49,346 nt of DNA. Source: Limnochordia bacterium. GTDB lineage: Bacteria; Bacillota; Limnochordia; JAAZLZ01. Under the pieces are notes generated by a model that had not been told where the DNA came from, searched no databases, and saw only the letters and a program-made list of their open reading frames with translations. Below are positions 1 to 7,740 of the stretch, piece after piece (within the stretch, counting starts at the first letter, position 1; every line of letters starts with the position of its first letter). The stretch is from contig JBMNRY010000002.1 in the NCBI GenBank assembly GCA_050944915.1, positions 1 through 49,346 of the forward strand. The letters run 5' to 3'. The position numbers and the translations under genes were made by a program.

Positions 1-117
1 TCCCGGTGGTTATAGGGGAGGGGTTCCACCTGTTCCCATTCCGAACACAGCAGTTAAGCCCTCCACCGCCCATGGTACTGCCACATCTCGTGGTGGGAGA
101 GTAGGTCGCCGCCGGGA
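1..117 (+). rRNA. rrf: 5S ribosomal RNA (last gene of an rRNA operon that starts upstream of the window)
   Basis: The 5' TCCCGGTGG pairs with the 3' CCGCCGGGA. The conserved blocks CCGAACAC, AGTTAAGC and GAGAGTAGG are present in canonical order and spacing. Confidence 0.9.
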
Positions 118-127
118 CCTATTTTTG

Positions 128-160
128 GCTCTATACGGAAACGTATAGAGCTTTCGCTTT
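128..160 (+). terminator. Rho-independent terminator after 5S rRNA
   Basis: Perfect 10-bp stem GCTCTATACG/CGTATAGAGC with a GAAA loop, followed by TTTCGCTTT. Confidence 0.75.
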
Positions 161-196
161 ATCGTTTCAGCATTTTCATGGTCTGGGGGGAGGAAA

Positions 197-844
197 ATGC
201 GGGCCCGGGAACCTTTTAGCGGTTTTAGTCATCTGGTGGGAGCCATCTTGGCCCTTATTGGACTGCCCATTCTCATTCGGATGGCCCTCATCAATGGCGA
301 TCTGAGACATCTTATCGCCTTTGCCATTTTCGGTGTTAGTCTAGTTTTGCTATACACCGGTAGTGCCCTCTATCATTTGCTTCCCTTGTCTCCCACTGGA
401 GTCCTCATCCTCAGACGGATCGACCATATTCTGATCTTTGTATTGATCGCCGGTACCTATACCCCCTATTGCCTCATACCCTTAAAAGGCCCCTGGGGTT
501 GGGCTCTCTTGGGTGTAGTTTGGATGATTACCATCGGCGGGGTCCTGATGAAGCTTTTTTGGATCGACGCTCCTCGTTGGCTGTCTACTCTGATCTATAT
601 CTTCATGGGTTCCCTGATCCTTGTGGCCCTTTCACCACTCCTGCAAACCCTTCCCCTTGGTGGGCTGGTTTGGTTGATTGTGGGGGGTCTTTTCTACTTG
701 GTCGGAGCCTTAGTGTACGGACTGAAATGGCCTAATTTCATTCCAGGCCGCTTCGGCTTCCATGAAATCTGGCATTTATTCGTCCTAGCCGGTAGCTTCA
801 GCCACTATTGGTCGGTGCTGCGCTATGTCTCTATGGTGGTCTAA
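197..844 (+). CDS. Hemolysin III / PAQR family membrane protein
   Basis: 215-aa polytopic membrane ORF with PAQR-type motifs (SALYH, RIDH, HEIWHLFVLAGSFSHYW). RBS GGGGGAGGAAA precedes the ATG. Confidence 0.8.
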   Translation: MRAREPFSGFSHLVGAILALIGLPILIRMALINGDLRHLIAFAIFGVSLVLLYTGSALYHLLPLSPTGVLILRRIDHILIFVLIAGTYTPYCLIPLKGPWGWALLGVVWMITIGGVLMKLFWIDAPRWLSTLIYIFMGSLILVALSPLLQTLPLGGLVWLIVGGLFYLVGALVYGLKWPNFIPGRFGFHEIWHLFVLAGSFSHYWSVLRYVSMVV

Positions 845-896
845 AACTTAAAGTGTTAAGGAAAATGACCAATGGGGTGTGGAATAAGTATGAAAC

Positions 897-922
897 AGGG
901 GCTCTTGATGAGCCCTTTTTTT
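897..922 (+). terminator. Rho-independent terminator
   Basis: Stem GGGGCTC/GAGCCC followed by a T7 run. Confidence 0.7.
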
Positions 923-962
923 GATGTCGATCATATTCGATGTAGGCGGCAGCTCCTATCCT

Positions 963-1820
963 TTAGAAGCCAAAGAGTCCGACGATTAGTTCCTTAAGCC
1001 CTGTGCGGAAATAGTCGGATAAACCTTTGAGGATGGCGTTGGCGATAGCCTCTTGCCCTTCGGCGGAAGCGATAAATTTTCGGTCTCGGGTGTTGGAAAT
1101 ATAGCCGACCTCGGTGATTACCGTTGGTATGGGGCTACGTCGGAGGATGAAAAAATCGTCGGGCACGATGGGGGATTTACTCCTTCCCGGAAGGAGGGGA
1201 CCTAAATATCTTTGTAAACATTCGGCCAGCCTCTTACTGTCGGGAGAATGCTTTTGATAAAGATTGGCGGCTCCTTGGACCCCTGCGGAACGAAACTTGT
1301 TGGTATGCAAGCTGATCAGTACCTCCGCTTCATTTTCCGTGGCCATCAAGATCCGTGCCCGCAGTCCTAAACGATAACGGGGTGGATAGCGGGTGCCCAA
1401 GGCGACGTTCCGATCCCGGGCCGGGGTTGGACGATTTAACCGCCGGTCACTTTCCAGGTCCCTTTTGCTTAACGCGATTTCTTGTTGGGGGCTGATCTGA
1501 TCAGACAGATCGGTATCGGTGGTACGGGTGAGGATCACAACGGCTCCTTGTTCTTCCAATTTCTTAGCCAGGATTTTGGCCAAAGCCAAGGTCAAATCTT
1601 TTTCTAAAAGGGACCCATAGGAACTTCCTCCGTCGATTCCGCCGTGACCGGCGTCGACGGCGATGATGCGGCCTTGGAGGGGATTGACCTGGGAAACGGG
1701 CACTAGCTCCACAATGGAGAAGGTCAGGAGGACGAGGAATAAAAAAATGAGTCCGAGGAGGAATAGGAGTCGGCCCTTCCGCAAGATTAGGATTAGGGTA
1801 GTTCTGCCCAATACCTTCAC
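963..1820 (-). CDS. cwlD: N-acetylmuramoyl-L-alanine amidase, CwlD-like (germination-specific)
   Basis: Amidase_3 motifs VDAGHGGIDGGS, LEKDLTLALA and ISLHTN follow an N-terminal TM segment. The ORF is open to a TTG at 1898. I chose the GTG at 1820, just before the TM helix, so the start is uncertain. Confidence 0.7.
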   Translation of the reverse strand: MKVLGRTTLILILRKGRLLFLLGLIFLFLVLLTFSIVELVPVSQVNPLQGRIIAVDAGHGGIDGGSSYGSLLEKDLTLALAKILAKKLEEQGAVVILTRTTDTDLSDQISPQQEIALSKRDLESDRRLNRPTPARDRNVALGTRYPPRYRLGLRARILMATENEAEVLISLHTNKFRSAGVQGAANLYQKHSPDSKRLAECLQRYLGPLLPGRSKSPIVPDDFFILRRSPIPTVITEVGYISNTRDRKFIASAEGQEAIANAILKGLSDYFRTGLKELIVGLFGF

Positions 1821-1991
1821 ACCCCATCGTTCACTTATTCCGGGAAAGCCTCCTTTAGTTCTTATGCACCACCCTCCGGCTTTAGAATAAAGGGGCAAGC
1901 CGTCGTCCTTTAAGTGGGAGATACCAGGAGTACATAAAGAAAAATAGAAGGTTGATACTAAATGGGAAGGGACTGGAAAGGGGAACCGGTA

Positions 1992-3356
1992 ATGATTAAG
2001 CTCGATTACACAAAGGCGTTATCCTTCATTGATGAAAGGGAAATCGGTTATTATCAAGGGCGGATCAATACCGTTCATCGATGGTTACATGAAGGTGGCG
2101 GCCCTGGAGAAGATTACCTTGGTTGGGTCGATTTACCCCGAACCCAAAGGGAGGAAGAGGTGGAATCCATAGAGGATACGGCCGCCAAGCTTCGGGCGAA
2201 AGCCGATGTTTTCGTCCTCATCGGGATCGGCGGTTCTTACCTTGGGGCCCGGGCGGCCATCGAAATGCTCAGCCATTCCTTTCACAATGAACTGGCTTTG
2301 GCTATGGGAGGGTATCCAGCTGTCTACTACGCGGGACATAACGCCAGCGGTACCTATTTGGCCCATCTTCTGGAGTTCCTTGCCGACAAAGAGGTCTGCC
2401 TCAACGTGGTTTCCAAATCGGGAACGACTACGGAACCGGCCATCGCCTTTCGTTTTCTGAAAGAATTTATGGAAAAACGATATGGGAAAAAAGAGGCCCG
2501 AGAGCGGATTCTAGTCACCACCGATGCCCACAAAGGGGCCCTAAAGACCCTGGCCGATGAGGAGGGTTATCGAAGCTTTGTGATCCCCGATGATATCGGG
2601 GGGAGATATTCTGTCTTGACCCCCGTCGGTTTAGTGCCTATGGCCGTAGCCGGCATCGATATCCGACGGGTGCTGGCTGGTGCGGCTAAAGCCTATGAAG
2701 CCGTAGCCAAGGCCGATCTTTCTCAAAACGATGCTTATTTATATGCGGTTCTTCGCCAGATCCTATATAAACAGGGTTACGGAATCGAATTGTTGGTCAG
2801 TTATGAACCCCGCCTCCACTACTTAGCCGAATGGTGGAAACAACTTTTCGGTGAAAGCGAAGGTAAAGGTCATAAGGGTTTATTCCCTGCCGCCTGTGAT
2901 TTTACCACCGATCTCCATTCCCTTGGACAATACATCCAGGAAGGTCGCCGTTTCCTTTTCGAGACGGTCTTGCGGGTGGAGCAGCCCGATGGGAAACTCC
3001 AGATTAAGGCAATGCCCCAGGATACCGATGGACTGAATTATTTGGCGGGGCAGGGAATAGATCTGGTTAATGAGAAGGCCCTTCAAGGAACGCTGTTGGC
3101 CCATATCGCGGGCCATGTCCCCAACTTAGTCCTGGAAATCCCCCGTTTAACGGAAGAATATTTTGGTGCCCTCGTCTATTTCCTGGAAAAGGCCTGTGGC
3201 GCCAGTGGCTATTTGTTGGGGGTCAATCCCTTTGACCAACCTGGTGTGGAGGCTTACAAAAAGAATATGTTTGCTTTGTTGGGTAAACCTGGATATGAGG
3301 CTTGGAGTGCTCACTTGACCCATCGCCTTACAGGGGCCGAGGAAGGGAAAACCTGA
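1992..3356 (+). CDS. pgi: Glucose-6-phosphate isomerase
   Basis: Firmicute-type short PGI with motifs [30 protein letters not shown] and GESEGKG. The ATG at 1992 (MIKLDY) follows GGAAAGGGGAA. The ORF track starts at 1962. Confidence 0.9.
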   Translation: MIKLDYTKALSFIDEREIGYYQGRINTVHRWLHEGGGPGEDYLGWVDLPRTQREEEVESIEDTAAKLRAKADVFVLIGIGGSYLGARAAIEMLSHSFHNELALAMGGYPAVYYAGHNASGTYLAHLLEFLADKEVCLNVVSKSGTTTEPAIAFRFLKEFMEKRYGKKEARERILVTTDAHKGALKTLADEEGYRSFVIPDDIGGRYSVLTPVGLVPMAVAGIDIRRVLAGAAKAYEAVAKADLSQNDAYLYAVLRQILYKQGYGIELLVSYEPRLHYLAEWWKQLFGESEGKGHKGLFPAACDFTTDLHSLGQYIQEGRRFLFETVLRVEQPDGKLQIKAMPQDTDGLNYLAGQGIDLVNEKALQGTLLAHIAGHVPNLVLEIPRLTEEYFGALVYFLEKACGASGYLLGVNPFDQPGVEAYKKNMFALLGKPGYEAWSAHLTHRLTGAEEGKT

Positions 3357-3374
3357 ACTCAAGGAGGGAACTAG

Positions 3375-3512
3375 ATGCGGCCTTCCCGACAGGAACAAAG
3401 GGATAAAAACTACGTCGCTGAACAACTGACTGCCGCCTTGTATGAAGACTTATCGGAACTATTGGAAACGGAAGAAGAGGAACTTGACGAGGAAGAACAG
3501 GGGTCGCCCTAA
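3375..3512 (+). CDS. Small acidic hypothetical protein (45 aa), not in the ORF track
   Basis: The ATG lies 6 nt after AAGGAGGGA and 19 nt after the pgi stop. Translation: MRPSRQEQRDKNYVAEQLTAALYEDLSELLETEEEELDEEEQGSP. The stop codon sits in the loop of a strong hairpin. Confidence 0.45.
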   Translation: MRPSRQEQRDKNYVAEQLTAALYEDLSELLETEEEELDEEEQGSP

Positions 3513-3535
3513 GGGGCAGACCCCTTAAACCTTTA
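3500..3535 (+). terminator. Putative terminator hairpin after pgi and the small ORF
   Basis: GGGGTC...GACCCC stem with an inner GCCCT/GGGGC extension. The trailing TTAAACCTTTATT is only moderately U-rich. Confidence 0.45.
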
Positions 3536-3773
3536 TTAGTAATAACTAAAAAGCAGGAATTAAGGGAAAAGTGGCTAAACAGCCTTCAAAGACAACCGGG
3601 AGGGGAGTGTTTGATCTTATCTCAGGGTCCTTTTTTCCCTCGGTAGGCCAAGCCTAGGGGAGGCTTCCACTCCCCATGGTTTCGTCGGTTATTCGACGGG
3701 TTTTCCCATACCGGGAAGGGAAGAAGGCACCCGCCAGCTGATTTTCCAAGCCGACGGCAAAGGGGGGGAGCCG

Positions 3774-4103
3774 ATGGCGTCAGTGGAGGATTTGAAGCGA
3801 ATCAAGGAGGAGACCCTAGGGGCCAGGCGGGGTAACTTACGGATCATGGTCGGTATGGGTGTCTGCGGCATTGCCGCCGGAGCCCGGCAGATTATGGCGA
3901 CCATTGTCCAGGAGTTGGGAAAGTGGGGTGTCACCCATATTCCTGTGGAGGAAACGGGCTGCATGGGCTTATGTTCCCAAGAGCCCATGGTCCAGATCAT
4001 TGCCGGCGATGGTACCAGGGTGATCTACGGCCCCGTCGATGTCCAGCAGGCCCGTCAGATCGTAGCTTATCATGTGATGCACGGGCAACTGATCAATGGT
4101 TGA
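3774..4103 (+). CDS. Thioredoxin-like [2Fe-2S] ferredoxin domain protein (NuoE/HydC-type fold)
   Basis: 109 aa with four Cys in the typical pattern (GVCGIAAGA ... GCMGLCSQEP) and the conserved 'Y..V....' tail of this family. Confidence 0.75.
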   Translation: MASVEDLKRIKEETLGARRGNLRIMVGMGVCGIAAGARQIMATIVQELGKWGVTHIPVEETGCMGLCSQEPMVQIIAGDGTRVIYGPVDVQQARQIVAYHVMHGQLING

Positions 4104-4193
4104 GTGATCGTTCTTCCAAAGGAGCTTTGTTCCCAAAGTAAATTCATATTTCCTCCCTTCAGAGAAAGACTAGGGTTGAAGGGAGGGGAAATA

Positions 4194-4334
4194 ATGGCCA
4201 AAAAGGATCGCAAAAGGGCCAAGCACGCTCGAGAACAAGCCTTTGAGGTTGCCCCAGAATTAACTCCCAATGCTGCCCGGGAGGAGGGTATGCAAATCTC
4301 CGGTCAGCGGGCCAACAAACAAAAGAACAAATAG
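4194..4334 (+). CDS. Small basic hypothetical protein (46 aa), possibly a minor spore protein
   Basis: The ATG follows GAAGGGAGGGGAAATA. Translation: MAKKDRKRAKHAREQAFEVAPELTPNAAREEGMQISGQRANKQKNK. The K/R/Q/N-rich composition resembles minor SASP/YfhD-like proteins. The ORF-track version (4104) starts further upstream without an RBS. Confidence 0.45.
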   Translation: MAKKDRKRAKHAREQAFEVAPELTPNAAREEGMQISGQRANKQKNK

Positions 4335-4344
4335 TCCGATTCCA

Positions 4345-4363
4345 GGGAGGTAGCTTACCTCCC
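4345..4363 (+). terminator. Putative terminator hairpin
   Basis: 8-bp stem GGGAGGTA/TACCTCCC with a short loop, followed by a pyrimidine-rich tail. Confidence 0.4.
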
Positions 4364-4384
4364 TCCTTCCACTTCCCAGTCTTA

Positions 4385-4412
4385 TTGCCTAAATTTCCAC
4401 CCGTGGTATAAT
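4385..4412 (+). promoter_or_regulatory. Sigma-A type promoter for thrC
   Basis: TTGCCT, a 16-nt spacer, then an extended -10 TGgTATAAT, about 60 nt upstream of the thrC start. Confidence 0.6.
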
Positions 4413-4474
4413 GGGTTTGTCCCATCATTAATCTGCTGATCTTTCGATGGGAGGGTAAAAGTGGAGGGATCGAT

Positions 4475-5953
4475 GTGAAATATATTAGCACGAGGGGTCA
4501 AGGCCCGGCGGTAACTGCCGCGGGGGCCATCCGTTCGGGGATTGCACCCGATGGTGGCCTGTATGTCCCGGTGGAGTTTCCCCGTTGGCAGGATCTCACG
4601 CCTTTGTTTCCTCTGAACTACGGACAAAGGGCGGTCCGGCTGTTGGCCGATTTTCTAACGGATTATAGCCAAGGGGAGCTTTGGGAGTGTGTGGAGGGTG
4701 CCTATGGCAATAGCTTCCACCACCCCCAAATCGCCCCGGTGCGGGAAATCCAACCCGATTTACATATCTTGGAGCTGTGGCATGGGCCGACGGGGGCTTT
4801 TAAAGATTTGGCCCTTCAGATCTTGCCCCATCTATTGACCAGGGCTGTAGCCAAGACCGACGGGGAATACAAAACATTGATTCTAGTAGCTACCTCCGGT
4901 GATACGGGAAAGGCTGCCTTAGAAGGTTTTCGGGATGTAGCCAATACGGAGATTATTGTTTTCTATCCCGCCGCTGGGGTGAGCCCCATGCAGGAACGGC
5001 AAATGGTGACCCAGGAGGGTGACAACGTCCATGTGGTCGCTGTCGAAGGTAATTTCGATGATGCCCAGCGGGGAGTGAAAAGCCTTTTTGTCGATCCCCG
5101 GTTCCAAGGGGAATTGGCCCGTATGAACATTAAGACCTCTTCGGCTAATTCCATCAATTGGGGTCGGTTGGTCCCCCAGATCGTCTATTATTTTTCTGCC
5201 TATTGCGACCTAGTGCAAGGGGGCACGCTATCGGCAGGACAAAAGGTGGATGTCGTTGTGCCTACGGGCAACTTCGGCAATATTTTAGCTGCCTATTATG
5301 CCCGGGAAATGGGTCTGCCCATCAATAGACTCATCTGTGCCTCCAATGCTAACCATGTCTTAGTGCAATTTTTGATGACCGGTGTCTACGATCGAAAACG
5401 GCAGTTTGCCAAAACTATTTCCCCTTCCATGGATATTCTCATCTCTAGCAATGTGGAAAGACTTCTATTTAGCTTAACGGAACAGGATCAGGCTCAAGTG
5501 CGGGAATGGATGGACCAATTGGAATCCGATGGTCGTTACGATGTGGGTCAGTACCTGGAAAAGATCAGGGACATCTTCTGGGCCCATTGGGCTAGTGATG
5601 AAGAGACCATGGCCACCATCAAAGAAGTCTTTGCGACCACGGGTTATCTCCTCGATCCCCATACGGCGGTCGCTAAATGTGTTTATGATAAATATCGTCA
5701 ATCGGGTGGCGAGCCTTATCCCACCATCATCGCCTCGACGGCTAGTCCCTTTAAGTTCAACCGCAGTGTGGCCACCGCACTATTGGGTCCCCAGGATGAA
5801 GATGAATTCAGTTTGTTAAAACGCCTTGCGGAGTACACCCAGTGGCCCATTCCGCCATTCCTTGCCGATTTGGACCGAAAACCCATCCGACACCGGACTG
5901 TCTGTCGGCCCCAGGCCATGGGCGAGACCGTTGTCAGGCTCCTTGGTTCTTAA
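4475..5953 (+). CDS. thrC: Threonine synthase (long form)
   Basis: MKYISTRG N-terminus, PLP-lysine motif GPTGAFKD and the SGDTGKAA motif. GTG start after GGAGGGA. Confidence 0.9.
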   Translation: MKYISTRGQGPAVTAAGAIRSGIAPDGGLYVPVEFPRWQDLTPLFPLNYGQRAVRLLADFLTDYSQGELWECVEGAYGNSFHHPQIAPVREIQPDLHILELWHGPTGAFKDLALQILPHLLTRAVAKTDGEYKTLILVATSGDTGKAALEGFRDVANTEIIVFYPAAGVSPMQERQMVTQEGDNVHVVAVEGNFDDAQRGVKSLFVDPRFQGELARMNIKTSSANSINWGRLVPQIVYYFSAYCDLVQGGTLSAGQKVDVVVPTGNFGNILAAYYAREMGLPINRLICASNANHVLVQFLMTGVYDRKRQFAKTISPSMDILISSNVERLLFSLTEQDQAQVREWMDQLESDGRYDVGQYLEKIRDIFWAHWASDEETMATIKEVFATTGYLLDPHTAVAKCVYDKYRQSGGEPYPTIIASTASPFKFNRSVATALLGPQDEDEFSLLKRLAEYTQWPIPPFLADLDRKPIRHRTVCRPQAMGETVVRLLGS

Positions 5954-5963
5954 AACATAAAGG

Positions 5964-6007
5964 ACTACCTGCCAGGCAGAATATTCAGGGCAGGTAGTTT
6001 CTTTTTG
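5964..6007 (+). terminator. Rho-independent terminator after thrC
   Basis: 10-bp stem ACTACCTGCC/GGCAGGTAGT followed by TTCTTTTT. Confidence 0.8.
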
Positions 6008-6136
6008 GGGAGAATAAAGGGAGCTTTATCCTCGATCAAAACAAAGTAGAGCTCAGGGCAATTTTGGAGGATATCCTCGGGATGATGCCGAAAATTGACA
6101 ACGGTTAGAGTAGGAAAGGAAGTGGGACAAGTGAGC

Positions 6137-6415
6137 ATGACCAAAGAGGTGCTACTGGATTTGGCGACGGATATCTATCTGACTTTAGATGATGACGAGG
6201 CCGAAGAATATGTGCGGCAAATAAATGCCGTTCTCCATCGGACCCAGGAGTATTTACCTACTTTTCAGGGTCGGCCCACCCATGCTAATTGTCTGAGCCA
6301 AAATGTCTTCCGAGCCGATGTGGTGAGGCCTTCCTTAGGCAAGGAAGCTGTATTGCAGAATGCACCGGAGGTTCAAGACGGTCATTTTCTCGTTCCTCGC
6401 ATTTTAGAGGACTAA
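6137..6415 (+). CDS. gatC: Asp-tRNA(Asn)/Glu-tRNA(Gln) amidotransferase subunit C
   Basis: Typical GatC C-terminus NVFRADVVRPSL...LQNAP...G.FLVP.I. ATG at 6137 (a GTG at 6131 is also possible). The ORF track starts at 6095. Confidence 0.85.
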   Translation: MTKEVLLDLATDIYLTLDDDEAEEYVRQINAVLHRTQEYLPTFQGRPTHANCLSQNVFRADVVRPSLGKEAVLQNAPEVQDGHFLVPRILED

Positions 6416-6432
6416 GGAAGGGAGTTTTTTCC

Positions 6433-7740
6433 TTGGAATTTGGCAAATTGAGTATTCAAGAACTGCTGGAAGGGCAAAGGCAGGGGAAGTTTAACGCCCG
6501 GGAGATCTGGGAAGCCTGCTTGCAAGCCTGTCAAGAAGACCATCGGGGGGCCTTCCTGCGGTTTTGTCCCCCCCAGGAAAGTGGCAACGGGCCCCTACAG
6601 GGCGTACCGGTAGCTATTAGTGATGAAATCTGTGTCCAAGGGGTGGAAACTACCGCTGGCTCTAGGATGTTGGCGGGATTTATTCCCCCTTACCAAGGGA
6701 CGGTGGTGGAAAAGTTGCGGCAAGGGGGAGCATTGCTCATGGGCAAGACTAATGTCGATGAGTTTGCCCTGGGACCAACCATGGATTATGGGCCCCAGAA
6801 GCTCCTTCACCCCCATGATGCACAGCGTTCCGTCCTCGGCTCCGCTGGAGGGGCGGCTGTGGCGGTGGCTACCCACGTTACGGCTGCCGTTGCCGCTGAT
6901 GTAGGCGGTGGTGTCCGCCTCCCGGCAGCCAGTTGTGATATCGTTGGTTTTATCCCGACCTACGGCCGGATTTCCCGATACGGGGTTATCGAACATGCTC
7001 CTTCCCTCGACCAAGTAGGGATCATGGCCCGACGGGTAGCCGATGTGGAACAAGTCTACCGGGTGATTGCCGGCCACGATCCTTTAGATAGTACTTCCCT
7101 ACCGGACGCAGAGGAAGAAGCTGTCGACCCTAAAGGATGCCGCATTGGCATCATCGCCGAAGCCCCTGCTGCCATCGGCCGCTGGGCCGAGGATTTAGCT
7201 GCCAAGGTGTCCGGTTCCTGGGGTGAAGTCCAGTTGGAATCCTTAGGTTACGGTTCTCAGATTTTACAACTGATCGTTGCTGCCGAAGCCAGCTCCAATT
7301 TGGGGGCCTATGATGGTATGCGTTTCGGTTGGCGGGCGCCGGGGTGTGAAGATGTTCGGGCCATGTTCAGCGAAACGAGGGCAGCCGGTTTTGGGGCGAG
7401 GGCCAAATTGGCCATGTTGCTAGGGGCCCATATCTTAAATGGCTCCAATTACGATCGGTATTATCTCCAAGCCTGCCGCGGACGCACCCAGGTAATTAAA
7501 GAACTGGAAGAACTTTGGTCCCAATACGATGTCTTGCTTACCCCGACCATTCCTGAAGGAGCTGATGATTGTCCCCGTCAGTATACGTCCCTTGCCAATT
7601 TAGCTGGGATACCTGCCATAACTATTCCCTGTAGCCCTGGCCAGGGGTTGCAGCTGATGGCTCCTCGGGGTGGAGAAGAGCTGTTACTAAGACTTGGAGA
7701 GATCATCGAGGGGATGCAGGGGGGTGGCGTTGTTGACTAA
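6433..7740 (+). CDS. gatA: GatA-like amidotransferase subunit A with a degenerate amidase signature
   Basis: Clear GatA homology (GKTNVDEFALG, PTYGRISRYG, APSLDQVG, AAEASSNL, ANLAGIPAITIP). TTG at 6433 follows AAGGAAGGGAG, just after the gatC stop. The catalytic Lys and nucleophile Ser positions are substituted (see findings). Confidence 0.8.
   Translation: MEFGKLSIQELLEGQRQGKFNAREIWEACLQACQEDHRGAFLRFCPPQESGNGPLQGVPVAISDEICVQGVETTAGSRMLAGFIPPYQGTVVEKLRQGGALLMGKTNVDEFALGPTMDYGPQKLLHPHDAQRSVLGSAGGAAVAVATHVTAAVAADVGGGVRLPAASCDIVGFIPTYGRISRYGVIEHAPSLDQVGIMARRVADVEQVYRVIAGHDPLDSTSLPDAEEEAVDPKGCRIGIIAEAPAAIGRWAEDLAAKVSGSWGEVQLESLGYGSQILQLIVAAEASSNLGAYDGMRFGWRAPGCEDVRAMFSETRAAGFGARAKLAMLLGAHILNGSNYDRYYLQACRGRTQVIKELEELWSQYDVLLTPTIPEGADDCPRQYTSLANLAGIPAITIPCSPGQGLQLMAPRGGEELLLRLGEIIEGMQGGGVVD

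Noticed and set aside
3513-3773. A possible riboswitch or leader upstream of the orphan 2Fe-2S ferredoxin. It contains several short hairpins and a 28-codon GTG ORF at about 3570-3656.
   Set aside because: The hairpins are short and generic, no known riboswitch core is recognisable, and the mini-ORF has only a weak RBS. Support is insufficient.
6289-6432. ORF-track N-terminal extensions. Examples are gatA from 6289, glyS from 29135, rpoD from 36978, the dGTPase from 34093, spoVAC from 38970, spoVAEb from 40480, the YlaJ-like gene from 40811, livF from 48379 and the TM2 gene from 12232.
   Set aside because: The extensions overlap the preceding gene or a terminator and lack an RBS. The family-typical N-termini begin at internal start codons that do have Shine-Dalgarno sequences.
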